Part shown: positions 63,232 to 64,000 of the stretch, in pieces
How positions within the stretch are numbered: position 1 is the stretch's first letter
Layout of the letters: each line of letters begins with the position of its first letter
DNA from: Alphaproteobacteria bacterium
GTDB lineage: Bacteria > Pseudomonadota > Alphaproteobacteria > UBA828
DNA: 64,000 nt
NCBI GenBank assembly: GCA_965214705.1
Contig: CBDCCI010000002.1
Coordinates: 2,432,001-2,496,000 of the forward strand
Direction of reading: 5' to 3'
The notes under the pieces: generated by a model
Database searches by the model: none
What the model was told of the DNA's origin: nothing
The model's input: the letters and a program-made list of their open reading frames with translations, nothing else
Program-made: the position numbers and the translations under genes

Positions 63232-64000
63232 ATGACCCGCGGCCACCCGATTATCCGGGGACGAGAAGAAGATGGTCGCGTCAGCGAAAAGGGCCGCCGG
63301 AACCGTCAGTCGGTTCTCGAGCAAATCCTGCTGTTCGGACCCATATCCAGAACGGCAATTGCGGATAGAGTCGGCCTGACCGCAGGGGCAGTGTCGCGCA
63401 TCGCACGTCCACTAATCGATGAAGGTCTGGTGCGGGAATTGCCCGAGAAGCTCCGCGATGGTCCGGTCAAACCGGGTCGCCGCACCATGCGCTTGGATAT
63501 TGACCCCCAAGGAGGCCAAGTGCTGGGAATCGGCATTGACCCGACCTTCCTGACAATCACGTTGGCCGATATCAAGAACAATACCGTTGCGACCAGCAGT
63601 GTTGAGCTCGATACCATTGAGGAGCCCGACTTGGTCATCCGGCGCGTAGCACGAGAGAGTCGACGCCTGATCGGGGCGCATCTCGATGACCGAAGGCGCC
63701 TGATCGGCGGTGTTCTTACGATTGCGGGCGCGGTGGACCCGGTACGAGGAGACCTTCTGGTTTCGCCTCATCTTGGATGGGGCCCCTTCCCGGTACGCGC
63801 CAGGCTTGCAGACGTCCTCGACCTGCCGGTGAGAGTCCGATCAATGGCGGCCGCCATCGCGCAGGCAGAGACGCTCTTTGGTGCGGCACGCGGTTTCAAC
63901 AACGTGCTGACGCTGGTCTGCGGGCTGGGGATCGACGCGGTCGTAATTTTGGGAGGCCGACTGGTTGATCGAGAAGGATTCCCTGGCGGGGGGATCGGCG
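63232..64000 (+). CDS. ROK-family (NagC/XylR-like) transcriptional regulator, runs off the window
   Basis: Not in the ORF track; hand translation gives NRQSVLEQILLFGPISRTAIADRVGLTAGAVSRI...PGRR...VLGIGI...PHLGW...LPVRV...AETLFGAARG. Confidence 0.85.
   Translation, partial: MTRGHPIIRGREEDGRVSEKGRRNRQSVLEQILLFGPISRTAIADRVGLTAGAVSRIARPLIDEGLVRELPEKLRDGPVKPGRRTMRLDIDPQGGQVLGIGIDPTFLTITLADIKNNTVATSSVELDTIEEPDLVIRRVARESRRLIGAHLDDRRRLIGGVLTIAGAVDPVRGDLLVSPHLGWGPFPVRARLADVLDLPVRVRSMAAAIAQAETLFGAARGFNNVLTLVCGLGIDAVVILGGRLVDREGFPGGGIG

Overview
GC-rich, probably proteobacterial DNA. The core is a ~41-kb minus-strand Tad/Flp pilus locus (17488-58101). Reading right to left it holds tadE x2, flp x2, a long cpaE, tadA, tadB, tadC, a di-heme cytochrome c peroxidase-like gene coupled to a His-less DAHL-type sensor kinase, cpaA, cpaB, an unknown ~652-aa gene and a TPR-SPOR gene. 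These are followed by a giant secretin, two paralogous secreted helical-repeat proteins, a second peroxidase-like gene, a lipoprotein and a second cpaE. The secretin can be reassembled from three pieces: a TadD-like lipoprotein TPR region fused to CpaC/RcpA, with at least 19 tandem 64-aa BON-like repeats (>2200 aa). Four insertions hit the locus, each with resolvable ends: an ISKra4/ISLre2-like IS (8-bp TSD), a 4-gene TGT...ACA Mu/Tn7-like transposon (5-bp TSD), an IS66 (no TSD, with a deletion) and a tyrosine-recombinase + IS91-type HUH element. The last is present twice and has Helitron2-like ends. The flanks carry three all-in-one GAF-PAS-kinase-REC-wHTH regulators, four GcvA-like LysR genes, a STAS protein, a ROK regulator, an integrase remnant beside a tRNA-Met-like att scar and other pseudogenes. 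No CRISPR array, rRNA or intact tRNA was seen. All family calls come from motif recognition by eye, and some frameshifts may be sequencing errors.
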